From Vicugna vicugna (taxonomy: Eukaryota), in the NCBI GenBank assembly GCA_013265495.1, contig MU058687.1, positions 3,350,001 to 3,414,000 on the forward strand: a DNA stretch of 64,000 bases. Direction: 5' to 3'. The translations under genes and the position numbers were made by a program. Position 1 is the first letter of the stretch. Each line of letters begins with the position of its first letter. The notes under the pieces were generated by a model. The model searched no databases. It was given only the letters and a program-made list of their open reading frames with translations, and had not been told where the DNA came from. Positions 61,235 to 64,000 of this stretch are shown one piece after another.

Positions 61235-62169
61235 GCACAGGAGGGTGTGGGCACGTGACTTGCTTCCTAATAGAGGGGCCAGGATGGCTGAGGGGCACTG
61301 GGGAGGTAGTGAGCTGGCAGGGGTGGGGTGGGGGTGGGGAGGGCTAGCTGCCCAACAGTTTTCCTGTGTGAAGTGAGTGGTGCATCCTTACTTCCCATGT
61401 GTCTCTTTGCTTCTACTCGTCACACTGGGGATTTGGGCAAGTCCTCACAGCTGGGCCTTTTTCAGGGTACTGAGCTGGTACCTGGGCTTGGGTGCTATCT
61501 TGGGACTCCTCCAACCCCTAGTGGGAGCAGGGGTTTTGTGGGAGGCCCCCTCCTCGTTCCCTGGAGATGGTGGACCAGTCCTCCTCTTACCCTGGAGATT
61601 GGGATACCCTTGCCCGGCCCTTTTCTTCCTCCCCCTCCCCCTGCAGTGCTCCTGGCAGCTGCTCTTGCCATGCAGTCCCAGTGATGCCATGTCCTCTTTG
61701 GTTGCAGTGACTCTGCAACGTCCCTGCAATGACACTGATTTGAAGACTGGTTGTCCTTCTCAGAGAATGAGCAAATGTTCCCAGGGAGCCAGGTGGAGGC
61801 TTGGGCTGGGAGTCAGGTCATCTAGGTCCCCTTGCAGCGGGAAGACTGGACCATTCTAACTGCCTAGGAGATAAGGGTCTGACTTCACAGCTTTGCTCCA
61901 GAAAACATTCTTCTTGGTGCTCCTTCAGGGACTACCTGAGGGTTTCCAAGGGAGTTGGTGCTGATCTCATTATATAACGGATGGGAATGTTGCTGATGTT
62001 CTACCTTCCTTCTGTTCCTAGAGCCCGGTCCCAGCAAGAGGGTGGGGAAGGAATGGCACTCACACATATTGAACCTGTTGGGGGTACCAGGCACCAAGCC
62101 CATGTTTCTTTCGTGTATCCCAGCTGGGGCTTGTGAACACACTGCATCAGTCAGAGCTCCTTCAGCTGT

Positions 62170-62545
62170 GTGTGACAGAAAACAAACTGCTTTAAGCAGA
62201 AAAAGATATAGTGTGGGCATTCAGGCATGGCTAGATCAAGGGGCTCAGCCATTGTGACCAGGATTCAGTGTCTCTGTCTGTTGGCTCTGCTTTCCTCTTT
62301 GTTGCTATTGTGTGACCCCTCTGGTAGCTCCAGGCTTCAAGTTCAATTTTTAGCTTCAAGCTGAGCAGGAAGAAAGAAAATCCCTTCTCTTACAGTTCAA
62401 ACAAAAGTAAAACAGATGAGTCTTATTGGACCATTTGGGTCACATGTCTATCTCTGAACCAATCAGTGTGGCTCAAGGTACTCAGGGTTCTGACTGCCAG
62501 GCCAGGGTTTCCCACCCACCCTGGAGTAACAGGTGGGGTCCACCT
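62170..62545 (-). mobile_element. Old MaLR LTR (MLT1J/K-like)
   Basis: gtgacagaaaacaaactgctttaagc...ttcaggcatggctagatcaaggggctc...ttgggtcacatgtctatctctgaaccaatca. Confidence 0.6.
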
Positions 62546-64000
62546 AGGTCAATCCCATGCATGATATGTGCTTTTACATTTTAGGCCTTTGGATTAGTAG
62601 GAGTGTGGGAGCAGGAAGATCCAGCCATTTCAAAAGGAAGGAAGAGTTGGTTTAATTTTTCTCCAATAGAGAGAATAGTGGATTCAGTCCTTCAACAAGT
62701 ATTTGTTTAGCACTGACTAGTTCTAGTCCTGTTCTGAGTGCAGGGAATTCAGCAGTGAACAAAGCAGGAAAAAACTGCTGCCCATTTGGCACTGATATTC
62801 TAATAAGATATATAGGGCTGGTGGTCTTTTCATTCTCTTGGTCTAAGCCCAGGTCTAGGATAAAGGTTCTCAGTGGAGAGACCCAGGGTGACTCAGGGTG
62901 ATGACATGGGAAGAATCTGGCCCTCAGGGAGCTGAGAACTCACGAGGGAGGGAAAAAGACAAGTTGCATGGTTGGGGAAGAAGGGGAAGGGAATCCGTAC
63001 CCATCTCTGGGGACAGAAAATTGTAAGCCCCTCCCATGTTGCCTGGGCCTTTAGCCTCTGCAGGATGTTGATAAATGGGATGGAGTTAGTGCAAGTTACA
63101 GAAATGATGACAGGGCTAGAGGGAGTGATTTATGAGACGAGATTAGCAAAGTGATGGTGCAGCCTAGCACACAAAGGGATGGGATGGTGGCCGTGGGTCA
63201 TGCAACTTCTGAAATCCGAGGAGAGAGGCTGAGGGACAGAATTGAGTGGCTTCTGCAGAAGGGGGACAGAGGGATGCAGTGGGGGTCACGGACTGAGTAG
63301 ACCCCAGCACAAGACCCTGGGTGGTGTAAGGAGAGACAGGTGACTATGCATCTACATATTTGCACACTGGAATGTGTATGTGAATGTCTGGCCTTTCCAG
63401 AATAGAGAGGCTATACAGGGAATTCAAGAAATGGAGGGGGTGAGAATTTCAGCTCTGGACAATCTTGAAAAAGGCTTTTGGAGGCCTCCTTCCCATCTGG
63501 TAGAATATTCATATCTGACCATTTAGCTGCAATCAAGTCAGAAAGACTTTTTCCTTCAGGAAAACTGGTGTGTCATTTCTAAGAGGGAAAGAGGGAAAGA
63601 GGGAGGGAGGAAAGGAAGAGCAGATGGAAGAGCAATGGATATACATTCCATTTCATAGAGAGAGAAAGCGAGGCACAGAAGGGGCAGGGGATCTGCTCAA
63701 GGGACTTGGGTGGCGTTGCACATGAAGCCCAGAAGCAGGGCTTGGGATCTCTGCCAGCTGGCCAGGCCATGAGTGGACTTGGGGACCCACTTTGAGGCTC
63801 AGGTAGCAGCAAGGGGTAATTATTGGGTTTGAAGCCTCCAGGCTGGGCTTCCTTGAGCTTTCTAGGTTGGTGGGGTTGGAACATCTCCATCAGATCCCTG
63901 TCTTGGGCCACCCTGGGCCCATGTTCTGTTAACTTTTGATTTTATCCATATGTGAGAGCCTCGGACGCACAGTGGTAGGTAATGAAATGGGTGGATGATG

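Noticed and set aside
39410..64000. Search for the next ADCK1 coding exon (expected to encode the A-rich loop ASLAQV and VAVKVQ motifs)
   Set aside because: Not seen in the ORF track or by eye; it most likely lies beyond the window end.

Overview
Mammalian (eutherian, non-primate, non-rodent, most likely camelid) genomic DNA containing the 5' part of ADCK1 (aarF-domain-containing kinase 1, UbiB/ABC1 atypical kinase family) on the + strand. It holds a CpG-island promoter with a ZNF143/THAP11-type ACTACA motif, a non-coding first exon ending at 1255, and three phase-0 coding exons (7334-7468, 11370-11453, 39206-39409). Together these encode the first 141 residues, including the family KxGQ motif; the rest of the gene lies beyond the window. 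The remainder is intronic and rich in interspersed repeats: L1, L2, MIR, solo ERV/MaLR LTRs, hAT and Tc1/mariner MITEs, several nested or with recognisable target-site duplications. Nearly all ORFs in the supplied track are spurious, apart from ADCK1 exon read-throughs and L1 ORF2 relics. I found no evidence of a new biological system. The most interesting signals are regulatory: two sense-oriented solo LTRs in intron 2 (one with an array of CCAAT boxes and octamers), a bipartite CTCF site, a (GT)24 tract beside a frame-symmetric exon with a weak donor, and several repeat-free blocks rich in homeodomain motifs that look like conserved enhancers. Repeat family names were assigned by eye from recalled consensus sequences, and repeat boundaries without a stated TSD/TIR are approximate.
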